Positions 48,644 through 58,188 of a DNA stretch of 64,000 bases are shown here, piece by piece (position 1 is the first letter of the stretch; the number at the start of each line of letters is the position of its first letter). The notes beneath the pieces are model-generated. The model saw nothing but the letters and a program-made list of their open reading frames with translations. It did no database searches and had not been told where the DNA came from. The position numbers and the translations under genes were made by a program. Source of the stretch: an archaeon. GTDB lineage: Archaea; Micrarchaeota; Micrarchaeia; CAILAH01. Location: assembly GCA_024274875.1 (NCBI GenBank), contig JAJSAH010000017.1, forward strand, positions 34,897 to 98,896, given 5' to 3'.

Positions 48644-49108
48644 TCAAAGCCCATGGAGTTTAAGCAATTCTATCATATTGCGATTGTTGGAATGATATGC
48701 AAGCGTCATCAATGTTAAACCATCTAAGCAGGATTCAAGCTTCGCATGGTTCAGAATAAGGTGTTCTGCTACTTCAACACTGCCGCGAAAGCATGCATGC
48801 ATCAGCGCTGTCCATCCATAGTTGCTAACTGCATTCACAAAAACGCCATTTTCAACTAAGAACTTCACTGCATCGAGATTTCCATGAATGCTGAACCACA
48901 TCAATGGAGTAGCGCCTATGCCATCGCTCGCATTAATCTCTGCTCCTAAAGACAGCGCAACTTTTGCCAAGCGCAGGTCATTGTACCAGCCAGATTCAAA
49001 ATATTTTTGATTCAAGAATTCCAGAGTTTTCGAGTTGGGCTTTTTGAATCCAATTACTCTGAAAGCCCTCCTGCAAGTACCTGTTTTTCGGGCATGCTCA
49101 AAAACCAT
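48644..49108 (-). CDS. Ankyrin-repeat protein (about 3 repeats)
   Basis: Contains G.TPLMWFSIHGNLDAVKFLVENG and GWTALMHACFRGSVEVAEHLI. Confidence 0.8.
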   Translation of the reverse strand: MVFEHARKTGTCRRAFRVIGFKKPNSKTLEFLNQKYFESGWYNDLRLAKVALSLGAEINASDGIGATPLMWFSIHGNLDAVKFLVENGVFVNAVSNYGWTALMHACFRGSVEVAEHLILNHAKLESCLDGLTLMTLAYHSNNRNMIELLKLHGL

Positions 49109-49137
49109 AGAACATTTTTCACTGATAAAATTAAAAA

Positions 49138-50082
49138 TTATTCCTTAAGTATAATTTCGCTGGCCCTCTTGGCAAGCATGACTTGATCAACAACTTCTTT
49201 AAGAGAATCATACCCTTTCTCATTTATTACATCTATGGCGCTTATGCCGTCTCCATCTTTTTTGCGAGGGTCTGCGCCGTGCAATATTAAGAAATTTGCT
49301 ATCTCTATCCTGCCTCTAAGCAAGGCAAACAGTAATGGAGTTCTTCCTTCAATATTTGAAACATTCACATCTGCATTGTTTAGCACAAGAAACTTAACAA
49401 TATGCAAATGATTCTTCCAACAAGCATACATCAACGCAGTATCGCCATACTGGTTTGCATAATTCAAATCAGCGCCTCTTTTTGCAAGAACCTCAACAGC
49501 CCCGCCGCTGCCTTCCCAACATGCAGCCATGAGCGGTGTGGAACGCGTGCTATTCTCTAAATCAAGGATTGCGCCATTATCCAAAAGCAGATGAATTAAT
49601 GGCGTATCATTAGCTATGCATGAGATATGAAGCGGCGTATTTCCTTCTAAATTGGCCAGATTAACATCTGCATGCGCGCTAACCAAAATTTCAGCTGCCT
49701 CATAATGCCTGTTCTCGCACGCAACATGAAGCGCAGCATTTCCCATAATATTTTGATGGTTCACATCTGCATCATGGTTAACAAGAACGCGAACTATCCT
49801 CGCAAACCCTCTGCTGCTCGATTCAATCAGCGGAGTGTTTTTGTATGAATTCATCGTGTCAACATCAGCGCCTCTGAGAATGCTCTGCACAACTCTTTCA
49901 TAATTCCCATATACTGCGCTCATGTGCAATTGTTCATTAACGACCCTTTTATCCTCGCTTTTAGACATAATTCTCGATTTTATCTCATCACCATGCATCT
50001 TAGAAAAATCGTGCTCTGCAACTGGCTGCTTTTTCTTTTTAGTGAGCACAATTATTGCGCCTTTGCCAGATTTCTCTTTCAT
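49138..50082 (-). CDS. Ankyrin-repeat protein (about 7 repeats)
   Basis: Reiterated G.T.L..A......iv..Ll..gAdvN units throughout. Confidence 0.85.
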   Translation of the reverse strand: MKEKSGKGAIIVLTKKKKQPVAEHDFSKMHGDEIKSRIMSKSEDKRVVNEQLHMSAVYGNYERVVQSILRGADVDTMNSYKNTPLIESSSRGFARIVRVLVNHDADVNHQNIMGNAALHVACENRHYEAAEILVSAHADVNLANLEGNTPLHISCIANDTPLIHLLLDNGAILDLENSTRSTPLMAACWEGSGGAVEVLAKRGADLNYANQYGDTALMYACWKNHLHIVKFLVLNNADVNVSNIEGRTPLLFALLRGRIEIANFLILHGADPRKKDGDGISAIDVINEKGYDSLKEVVDQVMLAKRASEIILKE

Positions 50083-50120
50083 ATTCGTATCTTAAAAATT
50101 AAGGTATATATAGTTTTTGA

Positions 50121-51350
50121 TTATTGCAAGAGAATGGTTGCAAGGCCAAGGAACAGGAAAAAACCGAGCACATCTGTGAGCGTTGTCATGAACACCGTCG
50201 CTGAAGAGGTTGGGTCCTTGCCGTATTTGTCCAGTATAAGAGGAATCACAACGCCTGCAATCCCAGCGATTACAAGGTTGCCCACAAGCGCAAGGAATGC
50301 AACCACACCAAGCATTGCATTTTGATTTAACAAATACGCAACCATGCCTACTATTAACCCTGTCACAGCTCCATTCAAGACGCCGCTTATCACTTCATTC
50401 GCAAGAATCCCGTAAACATTCGAAAATGATACTTCTCCTAATGTAAGGCCGCGTATCATCACGCCAAGCGTTTGAGTGGCTGCATTGCCTCCCATGCCAG
50501 CAATGATTGGCATGTACGCAGCGAGAATCACATTCCTCGCAATCGTATTCTCAAATAACGCAACTGTGGAGGCCGCAAGGAATGCTGTTGCAAGATTGAT
50601 AACCAACCAAACCACTCTGTGCCTGAATTTAGATTGAAATCCATCAAGAGCATCTTCATCAGAACTTAAACCAAACAATGAATACAGGCGCGAGAACATG
50701 ATGTCTTCATTAGGCCTGAAGACATCTTCTGCATGAACAATTCCAAGAATACTTCCATCCTTATTGAGCACAGCTATCCTGGAATGCGGATATAATTTGA
50801 ACAGCGCAAAAACTCTCTCAGAACTTTCATCATACCGTATCGTTGGAATTTTTGTTATGTGGCTTGTAACCTTCTCGCCTCCCCCGTGCAGGACTAGTTT
50901 GTGCAACGGGAGCTCGCCTTTAAGTGCGCCATCTCTTACAACGAGCACAACAGGCGCTTTGCTGCGCTTGCGCATGTGGTTCTTTATCTGCTTTGCAACG
51001 TCAGCAAATGTTGCGTTTTGATCGATCAGCACATAATCAAGATTCATCATGCCTGCAGCAATAGATTGATTATACTTCATAAGCGTAGTTATCTCATCGC
51101 TCAAATCATTGACCAGTTTCTCTTGGCGCTTTCTGCCAAGGAGTTGAAGCAGGTCGACTATCTCATCATTATCCATATAATGGAATACCTTAAGAAGAGA
51201 TTCATCTTCAACTGAATTCATTAATTTTACTCTGTAGTATTTAGATACTGTCCTTAATATAGTGGCTTGTTCTGGAGGCAGGACTGACTTGAAGAATAGG
51301 ATTTTGTCATCTGAATTATAAAAATTATTCAGAAGTTGCCTCATATTCAC
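50121..51350 (-). CDS. mgtE: Magnesium transporter MgtE
   Basis: N-terminal domain, CBS pair, and a TM domain with PIIAGMGGNAATQT and D..G. Confidence 0.9.
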   Translation of the reverse strand: MNMRQLLNNFYNSDDKILFFKSVLPPEQATILRTVSKYYRVKLMNSVEDESLLKVFHYMDNDEIVDLLQLLGRKRQEKLVNDLSDEITTLMKYNQSIAAGMMNLDYVLIDQNATFADVAKQIKNHMRKRSKAPVVLVVRDGALKGELPLHKLVLHGGGEKVTSHITKIPTIRYDESSERVFALFKLYPHSRIAVLNKDGSILGIVHAEDVFRPNEDIMFSRLYSLFGLSSDEDALDGFQSKFRHRVVWLVINLATAFLAASTVALFENTIARNVILAAYMPIIAGMGGNAATQTLGVMIRGLTLGEVSFSNVYGILANEVISGVLNGAVTGLIVGMVAYLLNQNAMLGVVAFLALVGNLVIAGIAGVVIPLILDKYGKDPTSSATVFMTTLTDVLGFFLFLGLATILLQ

Positions 51351-51407
51351 ATATCTGCATTAATGTTTATATGCCTAACAATCGTAATTATTATGCTGGT
51401 GAGTTGA

Positions 51408-54053
51408 ATGAATCTTCCTGAGCGGATTATTAAGAGGGATGGAAGAACCGTTCCTTTTGATGCTGACCGCATCAAACGATCAATTGGAAAGGCAATGATA
51501 GCAAAGAATAAGTTTGATGAAAAGCTCCTTGAAGATATATTGAATGATGTCAGATCAAGAGTTTCGGAAGTATTTAAGGATAAAACTCCCTCTGTTGAAG
51601 AGGTTCAGGACATTATTGAAGTTGAACTTATGAAAAATAATTTGTATGATGTTGCCAAGGCATACATATTATACAGGCACAAAAAAAGCGAGGTGCGGGA
51701 AGAGAAGAAAAAGATACTTAATAAGGAAAAACTTGATGAGGTTGACAAATCATTCAGCATAAATTCGCTCAAGCTGCTTGCAGCAAGGTATCTCATTAAA
51801 GATAAGGAGGGGATGCCTGCTGAAAGCCCAAAACAACTGTTTCAGAGAGTTGCCGTTGCGATGGCTATTCCCGAAATATTGCATGATGAACGCGTGCATG
51901 ATAAAGATGGAAAAAGTGAGATAAATTGTTCCACGGAGAAGTATGAAAACCTGGATGAGTTTGACTGTAAATACGCGCTCAATGGATGGGAGATAAACAA
52001 ATGGCATTTTGAACGCATGGTCGCGCTGTACAAGGAATTAACCGCCGAACGCAAAATGAAGGTTGGATTTGATGTAATTTTGGATATGCTCGAAAGAGGA
52101 GAATTCAAGGCTGCGGAAGAGATTGCTAAAAAAGCGTACAATTTTATGACGCGCAGAGATTTTCTCCCAAATACACCCACGCTCGTTAATGCCGGAAGAA
52201 GATTGGGCATGCTTTCAGCATGCTTTACGCTGGATGTTGAAGACAACATGGAATCAATCATGAAGCTTGCAAGAGATTGCGCGATAATACATAAAAGCGG
52301 AGGCGGTACGGGAGTCAACTTTTCAAAAATCAGGCCAGAGGGAGATATTGTTGCATCAACTACAGGAGTTGCAAGCGGGCCTGTAAGCTTCATGAAACTG
52401 ATAGATGCAGTGTCTAATGTAATAAAGCAAGGAGGCGTGAGGAGAGCTGCAAACATGGGGATACTTGAGATATGGCATCCTGATATACATACATTCATAA
52501 ATGCGAAACTGCAGGAAAACACGCTGGAAAACTTCAACATATCTGTAGGTGTTGGCTCTGATTTCTGGGATTGTTATATGAATGATTCAGAATACCCTTT
52601 GAAACATCCTGCAACTGGCGAGATTGTTAAGAATGTTAATGCGAGAAAGCTGTTCAGAGAGATTGCATACAGCGCTTGGGAGATTGCGGATCCAGGAGTT
52701 CTGTATTTGGATAACATCAACAAAAGAAATGTTATGAAAAAATGGAGAGGCGAGGTTAAGGTTACAAATCCATGCGGTGAGGAGCCGCTGTATCCTTACG
52801 AATCGTGCAATCTTGCAAGCATAAACCTGTCAAACTTTGTGGTTGTTGAGGAGGATGGCAGCGCTGCATTTGATTGGGAAAGGTTCAACAGCGCAGTTAG
52901 GTTTGTTGCGCGAATGTTGGATAACATAATAAGTATGAACAAGTACCCGCTTGAAATCATCAATAAAGAGACGAAGAAAACAAGAAGGATTGGGCTTGGA
53001 GTGATGGGTTTAGGAGATGCGCTGTATAAGTTGGGGATAAGGTATAACAGCGATGAAGGGTTCGAGTTTATGAAAAAGGTTGCAGAGCATCTTACATACT
53101 ATGCATTTGAGGAGTCCGCTGCGCTTGCTGAGGAAAGAGGCCCGTTCAAAATCTATGACAAAACTGATTATCCAAAAGGGGAGCTCCCTGTTGAGGGCTA
53201 TTACAGAAAAGGCGAATGGACATTGGATTGGGATGCCCTGGTTGAAAAGATAAAGAGAAAAAAGCTTAGGAATGCTATGGTAACTACAGCGCCTCCTACT
53301 GGATCGATAGGGATGATTGCAGATGCAAGCACAGGCATAGAGCCGGTGTTTTCGCTTGCGTTTGAAAAGCGGGTGACTGTTGGGTCATTTGAATACATTA
53401 ACCAAATCTTCAAAGATGCGCTGAAAAAGCGCAACGCATATTCTGATGAATTGATAAAGGAAGTTATAGAGAATTACGGATCTGTGCAGGGCATGGATGA
53501 TGAAAAGGTGCCTAAGGAAATTAGAGATGTGTTCGTAACAGCGATGGATATACATTGGGCGGATCATCTAATGGCGCAGGCGGTGATGCAGTTATGGATA
53601 ACAGACAGCATAAGCAAGACAATCAATATGAGAAGCGATGCAAGCGTGGAGGAGGTTGAGCAGGCATACATTCTTGCTCATAGGTTGGGATGCAAAGGCA
53701 TCACAGTATACAGAGATTTATCGAAAAAGGGGCAGGTTCTCAATATTAATAGAGAAGAAAAACTGCCGAACAAACCTGCGTTAAGCCCATACGCGCTGTC
53801 AGCAATACAGCAGTTATCTGAGGATTATGAATACATAAATCTAGATGTAGTGGTTGGGGAGATAAACGCTGCAGAACAATCCGAAGATGCAAATGATGAA
53901 AAATGCGAAATGATGGCGCCAATAGTTAAAGGAATTAAAGCGGGAAGCAACATGGCGCAAATTTGCCCTAACTGCGAAAGCATGAATATAATAAGCGAAT
54001 CTGGGTGCTTGAGCTGCCTCGATTGCGGATGGAGCGCATGCACAAGCTCATAG
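51408..54053 (+). CDS. nrdJ: Class II (adenosylcobalamin-dependent) ribonucleotide reductase with an N-terminal ATP-cone and a C-terminal Zn ribbon
   Basis: ATP-cone IIKRDGRTVPFD, active site TNPCGEEPL..YESCNL, and a C-terminal CPNC...CLDCG. Confidence 0.92.
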   Translation: MNLPERIIKRDGRTVPFDADRIKRSIGKAMIAKNKFDEKLLEDILNDVRSRVSEVFKDKTPSVEEVQDIIEVELMKNNLYDVAKAYILYRHKKSEVREEKKKILNKEKLDEVDKSFSINSLKLLAARYLIKDKEGMPAESPKQLFQRVAVAMAIPEILHDERVHDKDGKSEINCSTEKYENLDEFDCKYALNGWEINKWHFERMVALYKELTAERKMKVGFDVILDMLERGEFKAAEEIAKKAYNFMTRRDFLPNTPTLVNAGRRLGMLSACFTLDVEDNMESIMKLARDCAIIHKSGGGTGVNFSKIRPEGDIVASTTGVASGPVSFMKLIDAVSNVIKQGGVRRAANMGILEIWHPDIHTFINAKLQENTLENFNISVGVGSDFWDCYMNDSEYPLKHPATGEIVKNVNARKLFREIAYSAWEIADPGVLYLDNINKRNVMKKWRGEVKVTNPCGEEPLYPYESCNLASINLSNFVVVEEDGSAAFDWERFNSAVRFVARMLDNIISMNKYPLEIINKETKKTRRIGLGVMGLGDALYKLGIRYNSDEGFEFMKKVAEHLTYYAFEESAALAEERGPFKIYDKTDYPKGELPVEGYYRKGEWTLDWDALVEKIKRKKLRNAMVTTAPPTGSIGMIADASTGIEPVFSLAFEKRVTVGSFEYINQIFKDALKKRNAYSDELIKEVIENYGSVQGMDDEKVPKEIRDVFVTAMDIHWADHLMAQAVMQLWITDSISKTINMRSDASVEEVEQAYILAHRLGCKGITVYRDLSKKGQVLNINREEKLPNKPALSPYALSAIQQLSEDYEYINLDVVVGEINAAEQSEDANDEKCEMMAPIVKGIKAGSNMAQICPNCESMNIISESGCLSCLDCGWSACTSS

Positions 54054-54125
54054 AACTGGAAAACTGGAAAATTGCATGCAAAAGCGCAATATATATATTT
54101 GCTGATTTTAGTTTGGTGATTATGC

Positions 54126-54230
54126 ATGAAGTTTGGAGTGGAAGGAATAAGGATGAGGGATTTAGAAAGAATGGTGTCAAACATGGATGTGGCGCTTGAA
54201 AGAAAAGAGAGGGTGATTGCAGTAGTATAG
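54126..54230 (+). CDS. Possible 34-aa small protein
   Basis: Own translation: MKFGVEGIRMRDLERMVSNMDVALERKERVIAVV*. A GGTGAT SD lies 5 nt upstream and an AT-rich TATA-like tract about 30 nt upstream. No homology recognised. Confidence 0.3.
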   Translation: MKFGVEGIRMRDLERMVSNMDVALERKERVIAVV

Positions 54231-54260
54231 GCTTTTATAACTTCTTTCTATTCTTGTAAT

Positions 54261-54731
54261 ATGTCAAACGCGCTGGGCCATTCCATTTTTGCTGCCATCA
54301 TAACTATATTTTTCATTTCAATTTTAAACGCGAGCATGGAAGTGAAAATAACTGCAGGAATAATCGCTTTCGGGTTTGCATTCCTTCCAGATATAGATCA
54401 TCCTAAAGCAGTTGCAAGAAAGGCATACAGAGAATTTGGCACTATAATAGTTGCGCTTGTTCTGTTCGCAATGCTATGGATTTACGGGAAGATGGAAGTG
54501 GTTCTTGCGATTGCATTAAGCGCGCTGCTTGCAATAGCATTCATAAAAATCAGCGAAAAGTTCATGCCTAAGCACAGGGGGATAACGCATAAGTTTGCAT
54601 TTGCTGGAATGCTTGCAGTTGCTATGTACATAATCATGGCTGTTATTGGAAATAAGCATGCAGCAATATATGCGATTAGCGGGCTAATTGGGTATTGCTC
54701 CCACATAATCTTGGATAGAATGCCCATATAA
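54261..54731 (+). CDS. Membrane-bound metal-dependent hydrolase, YdjM/DUF457-like
   Basis: Contains PDIDHP, RGITH and HIILD within 4 TM segments. Confidence 0.6.
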   Translation: MSNALGHSIFAAIITIFFISILNASMEVKITAGIIAFGFAFLPDIDHPKAVARKAYREFGTIIVALVLFAMLWIYGKMEVVLAIALSALLAIAFIKISEKFMPKHRGITHKFAFAGMLAVAMYIIMAVIGNKHAAIYAISGLIGYCSHIILDRMPI

Positions 54732-54735
54732 AATA

Positions 54736-56472
54736 TTAGTAAATATAATATTCTCCCCTGCTTCTTTGCTCTCTGTCCAACACAGACCCTTTCTTATTTA
54801 TCTTTGGTCTTCCAGTATCCTTATCCCTTCGCAGCGTAACATCCAACTCTTTAAGGAATTCATTCATCGATACTTCCTTCTCAGAAGGTGAATATGCATG
54901 GCCTTCGACAGACGGATTCCCGCTTATTCTAATCAACCTGCTGGATATCGAATCTATGAAAACAACATCATGGTCAACAACAAACGCTGATTTATCGTTA
55001 TCATATACATGCCTCTTAAGAATAGTTGACAATCTCATTCGCTGCTCAATGTCGAGGAACGCCGAGGGCTCATCGAGCAAATATATATCCGCATCTTCTG
55101 AAATCGCTGAAGCTACAGCAACCCTTTGCAGTTCGCCGCCGCTTAGATTGCCTACATTCTTGTGCATGAGATGCTCTAACTCAAATTCAGTTATGCAAAC
55201 TTGAGAAATGTTTTTGATTCTAGCATACTCCCCTACAGTACCCTCGAAACCAAGGTTTATGTATTGAGGTTTGTATGAAACCTTAACTTCAGATAGCTTA
55301 TCGCCAACATCGGGCGATTCTGTGCCTGCAATAAGCTTTATGAATGTAGATTTTCCAATTGCATTCGGGCCAACTATGCCAATCACCTCTCCTTTGCGCA
55401 CATTTCCTTCATCAACTTTTAGCGTAAACCGATCATATTTCTTTTCCATATTTCCGTACTCAAAGAATATGTCTTTCTTTGATTCCTGTTCAGAGTGCGC
55501 TTCAAACTTAAGCACGTAATCCCTGAATCTTACATTCTCCTCTTTAAGATATCCATCCACAAATTCATTTATGCCTGTCCGCGCGTGTTTAATGCCGCTT
55601 ACTACGCCATAAGCCCCTGAAACTCCATACAAAATATATGCATAATCTGATAAATAGTCAAGAATTGCAAGATCATGCTCAACCACCATCACCATTTTAT
55701 CTTTTGATAGGCTGGATATCTCGCGTGCGACTCGCATTCTCTCATAGATATCAAGGTATGTTGATGGCTCATCAAAGAAGTACAGGTCGCAATCTCTCAA
55801 GAACACTATGGAAATCGCCAGTTTTTGGAGTTCTCCTCCGCTGAGAGAGCTCAGCTTTGAATCGATAAACTTCCCAAGCCCAAATTTTTGCACAACATTC
55901 GGCTTCATCCCATTCTCATCAAATTCATCAAGCAAATCTCCTGCACTTTTTCCCGGAGCTAGTTTTGCAAGTTGTTCAACATTCTGTATCTTATACCCAA
56001 ATTTAGATGATTTGTGCTGCGAAAAATAGTTGCTTAAATCCCTGTTCCTTATCTTAGAGATTACTTCATCCCATGTAAGTTGTTTTGAGTAGTCAAACAT
56101 ATTTGGCACAAGCTTCCTTGAGAGTATGTTAAGAAGAGTAGTTTTCCCTATTCCATTCCTCCCAACCAGCGCCACAACAGCTCCAGTTTTAGGAAGGGCA
56201 AAGTTGTACAGCCTAAACATGTTCACTCCGTATTGGTGAATAGGCATCCCGGATTCGCCAGCAAGGTTTATGACCTTTATGGCATCTACAGGGCATTTCT
56301 TAACGCACAAACCGCAACCCGTGCATAAATTTTCATCTATAACAGGCCAGCCAGCATCATCAATAACTATCGCATCTATGCCCATTCTAACGGGAGGGCA
56401 TACATTCTTGCACACGTATCCGCACTTATCGCGTATGCATCTCTTCCTATCCAGAACTGCTATTCGCTTCAT
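54736..56472 (-). CDS. abce1: ABCE1 / RNase L inhibitor-type ribosome-recycling ATPase
   Basis: An N-terminal 2x[4Fe-4S] domain (C..C..CPP; CTGCGLCVKKCP) and two ABC cassettes (GRNGIGKTT, GPNAIGKST, LSGGELQ x2). Confidence 0.95.
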   Translation of the reverse strand: MKRIAVLDRKRCIRDKCGYVCKNVCPPVRMGIDAIVIDDAGWPVIDENLCTGCGLCVKKCPVDAIKVINLAGESGMPIHQYGVNMFRLYNFALPKTGAVVALVGRNGIGKTTLLNILSRKLVPNMFDYSKQLTWDEVISKIRNRDLSNYFSQHKSSKFGYKIQNVEQLAKLAPGKSAGDLLDEFDENGMKPNVVQKFGLGKFIDSKLSSLSGGELQKLAISIVFLRDCDLYFFDEPSTYLDIYERMRVAREISSLSKDKMVMVVEHDLAILDYLSDYAYILYGVSGAYGVVSGIKHARTGINEFVDGYLKEENVRFRDYVLKFEAHSEQESKKDIFFEYGNMEKKYDRFTLKVDEGNVRKGEVIGIVGPNAIGKSTFIKLIAGTESPDVGDKLSEVKVSYKPQYINLGFEGTVGEYARIKNISQVCITEFELEHLMHKNVGNLSGGELQRVAVASAISEDADIYLLDEPSAFLDIEQRMRLSTILKRHVYDNDKSAFVVDHDVVFIDSISSRLIRISGNPSVEGHAYSPSEKEVSMNEFLKELDVTLRRDKDTGRPKINKKGSVLDREQRSRGEYYIY

Positions 56473-56536
56473 TGCCTATATTTTTGCAAAACTTATTATT
56501 AAGTTTGCTCAGTATTAAGATACGAGCAGTGATTGC

Positions 56537-57562
56537 ATGCGCGCGCAGATTAACAGAAAAGATAATGAGGTAAAATTTACTGCTGAGACATTCGAAGATT
56601 TGTGGAATATGTACAAGCTCATTACGCCTGGGTGCAGAGTAAAATCAAGAACTACGCGAAAATACAAACCTCCTGGAAGCAATAAAGAAGAGAGGATTTC
56701 TGTGTATGCAATCATAAATGCAGAGAAGGTGGAACTTCACAAGCACTCAAACAGAATCAGAATCACGGGCAAGATTGAATACATAAGGCCAGAGTATATT
56801 GCGCCGCTCGGCTCATACCATACAATAGATGTCGGCATAGGAAATGAAATTATTGTAGAAAAAGAATGGAAGAATTATGAATTTGATAGGATTAATGAGG
56901 CAATTAAATCCAGCAGAAGACGGCTTGTTTCCATTGTTCTAGTGGATTATGATACTGCAACATTTGCAGCGCTAAGGCAGTATGGAATAGATTTTGGATT
57001 GGAATTGCATAATAGAGCGAAAAAGAAGGATAAAAATGTTGAACTTGGAGAGTTTTTCAAGGAGATTGCTGATGAGATGAAAAAAATCGATGGATTGATA
57101 TTGCTAGGCGGACCAGGGTTTGTTAAGGAGATGCTGCGCAAATATGTGCAGGAGAATCTCCCCGAAATTGCAAAACGCATCAAAGTAGTGAATGCATCAA
57201 ACGCTGAGAGGAGCGGAGTGTATGAACTCGTGAAAAGCGATGAGATGCAAAAAATCATGGAGCGCGAACATATGCATGCAGTGTTCAGGGATGTTGAAAC
57301 ATTCTTAAAATGCGTTGCGAAAGGGGATGGATTGTGCGCATATGGAATCGAACAACTGAATAAAGCAGTTGAGTATGGAGCAATAGATGTGTTGATTATA
57401 ATAGATAAGCTAATTAGAGAGAATGAAAGGTTTGAGCGCATGCTTGAAAATGTCAAAGCAAAAGGTGGAAGGATAAGCATAGTTCCATATGAAAGCCAGA
57501 TCGCAGAACAGATTAATGCGTTCGGAGGAGCGATTGCGCTCTTAAGATTTAGAATAGAATAA
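56537..57562 (+). CDS. pelA: Pelota (aPelota / Dom34 homologue)
   Basis: 341 aa with an eRF1-like three-domain layout and the central GGPGF motif. It is divergent from abce1. Confidence 0.88.
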   Translation: MRAQINRKDNEVKFTAETFEDLWNMYKLITPGCRVKSRTTRKYKPPGSNKEERISVYAIINAEKVELHKHSNRIRITGKIEYIRPEYIAPLGSYHTIDVGIGNEIIVEKEWKNYEFDRINEAIKSSRRRLVSIVLVDYDTATFAALRQYGIDFGLELHNRAKKKDKNVELGEFFKEIADEMKKIDGLILLGGPGFVKEMLRKYVQENLPEIAKRIKVVNASNAERSGVYELVKSDEMQKIMEREHMHAVFRDVETFLKCVAKGDGLCAYGIEQLNKAVEYGAIDVLIIIDKLIRENERFERMLENVKAKGGRISIVPYESQIAEQINAFGGAIALLRFRIE

Positions 57563-57563
57563 T

Positions 57564-58187
57564 CTATTCATCGAAATGCGCGGCGCGGTTAAAATACAGG
57601 CGCAGAACTAAGCGGGATAATGAATCAGCAAGCTCTTGCATATACGGATCAGAGTAATCGACAGACGATGGATCATAAATGAATTCATTGAATTTTTTAA
57701 GCAGATCGTCCTCGTCTGCTTCTGGAAGATTGTGAGAACTTCTTCTCTTGTTCACATCAAAAAACAATTTAGAAAACAGCTCTTTCTTTAGAAATTCGCG
57801 CGAACCCACCCCATCAACATCTAATTGCACAGGCTCCGCACCAGTTAATTCATCAAGAACTGCATAAAAAAAGTAACTCTTCAGGAGTTTTATGGTGTTG
57901 TCATCAATCTCGCTGATGGGCATCTTTTTTCCAATCCACTCAACAAGCTCTTTTGCGGTCGGTTCAACTCTGCTTTTATCTGAACGCTTGCCTAAGAATG
58001 CATCTCTAATCTTATTAAGATCATCCATTACCTTAGAATTCACAACAAATGATTCATTCTTAACCTCGCGCATAAGCTCATCAATATCTATGCCGTGTTC
58101 TTTTTTCAGAAGTTCGAACTGGCGAACACGGCTTTTTTGAGGAACAACCCTGAACTTTGGAAAATAATGCTTAATCTTCTTCTGCAT
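57564..58187 (-). CDS. Hypothetical protein
   Basis: 207-aa ORF. No motif recognised. Confidence 0.4.
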   Translation of the reverse strand: MQKKIKHYFPKFRVVPQKSRVRQFELLKKEHGIDIDELMREVKNESFVVNSKVMDDLNKIRDAFLGKRSDKSRVEPTAKELVEWIGKKMPISEIDDNTIKLLKSYFFYAVLDELTGAEPVQLDVDGVGSREFLKKELFSKLFFDVNKRRSSHNLPEADEDDLLKKFNEFIYDPSSVDYSDPYMQELADSLSRLVLRLYFNRAAHFDE

Positions 58188-58188
58188 C

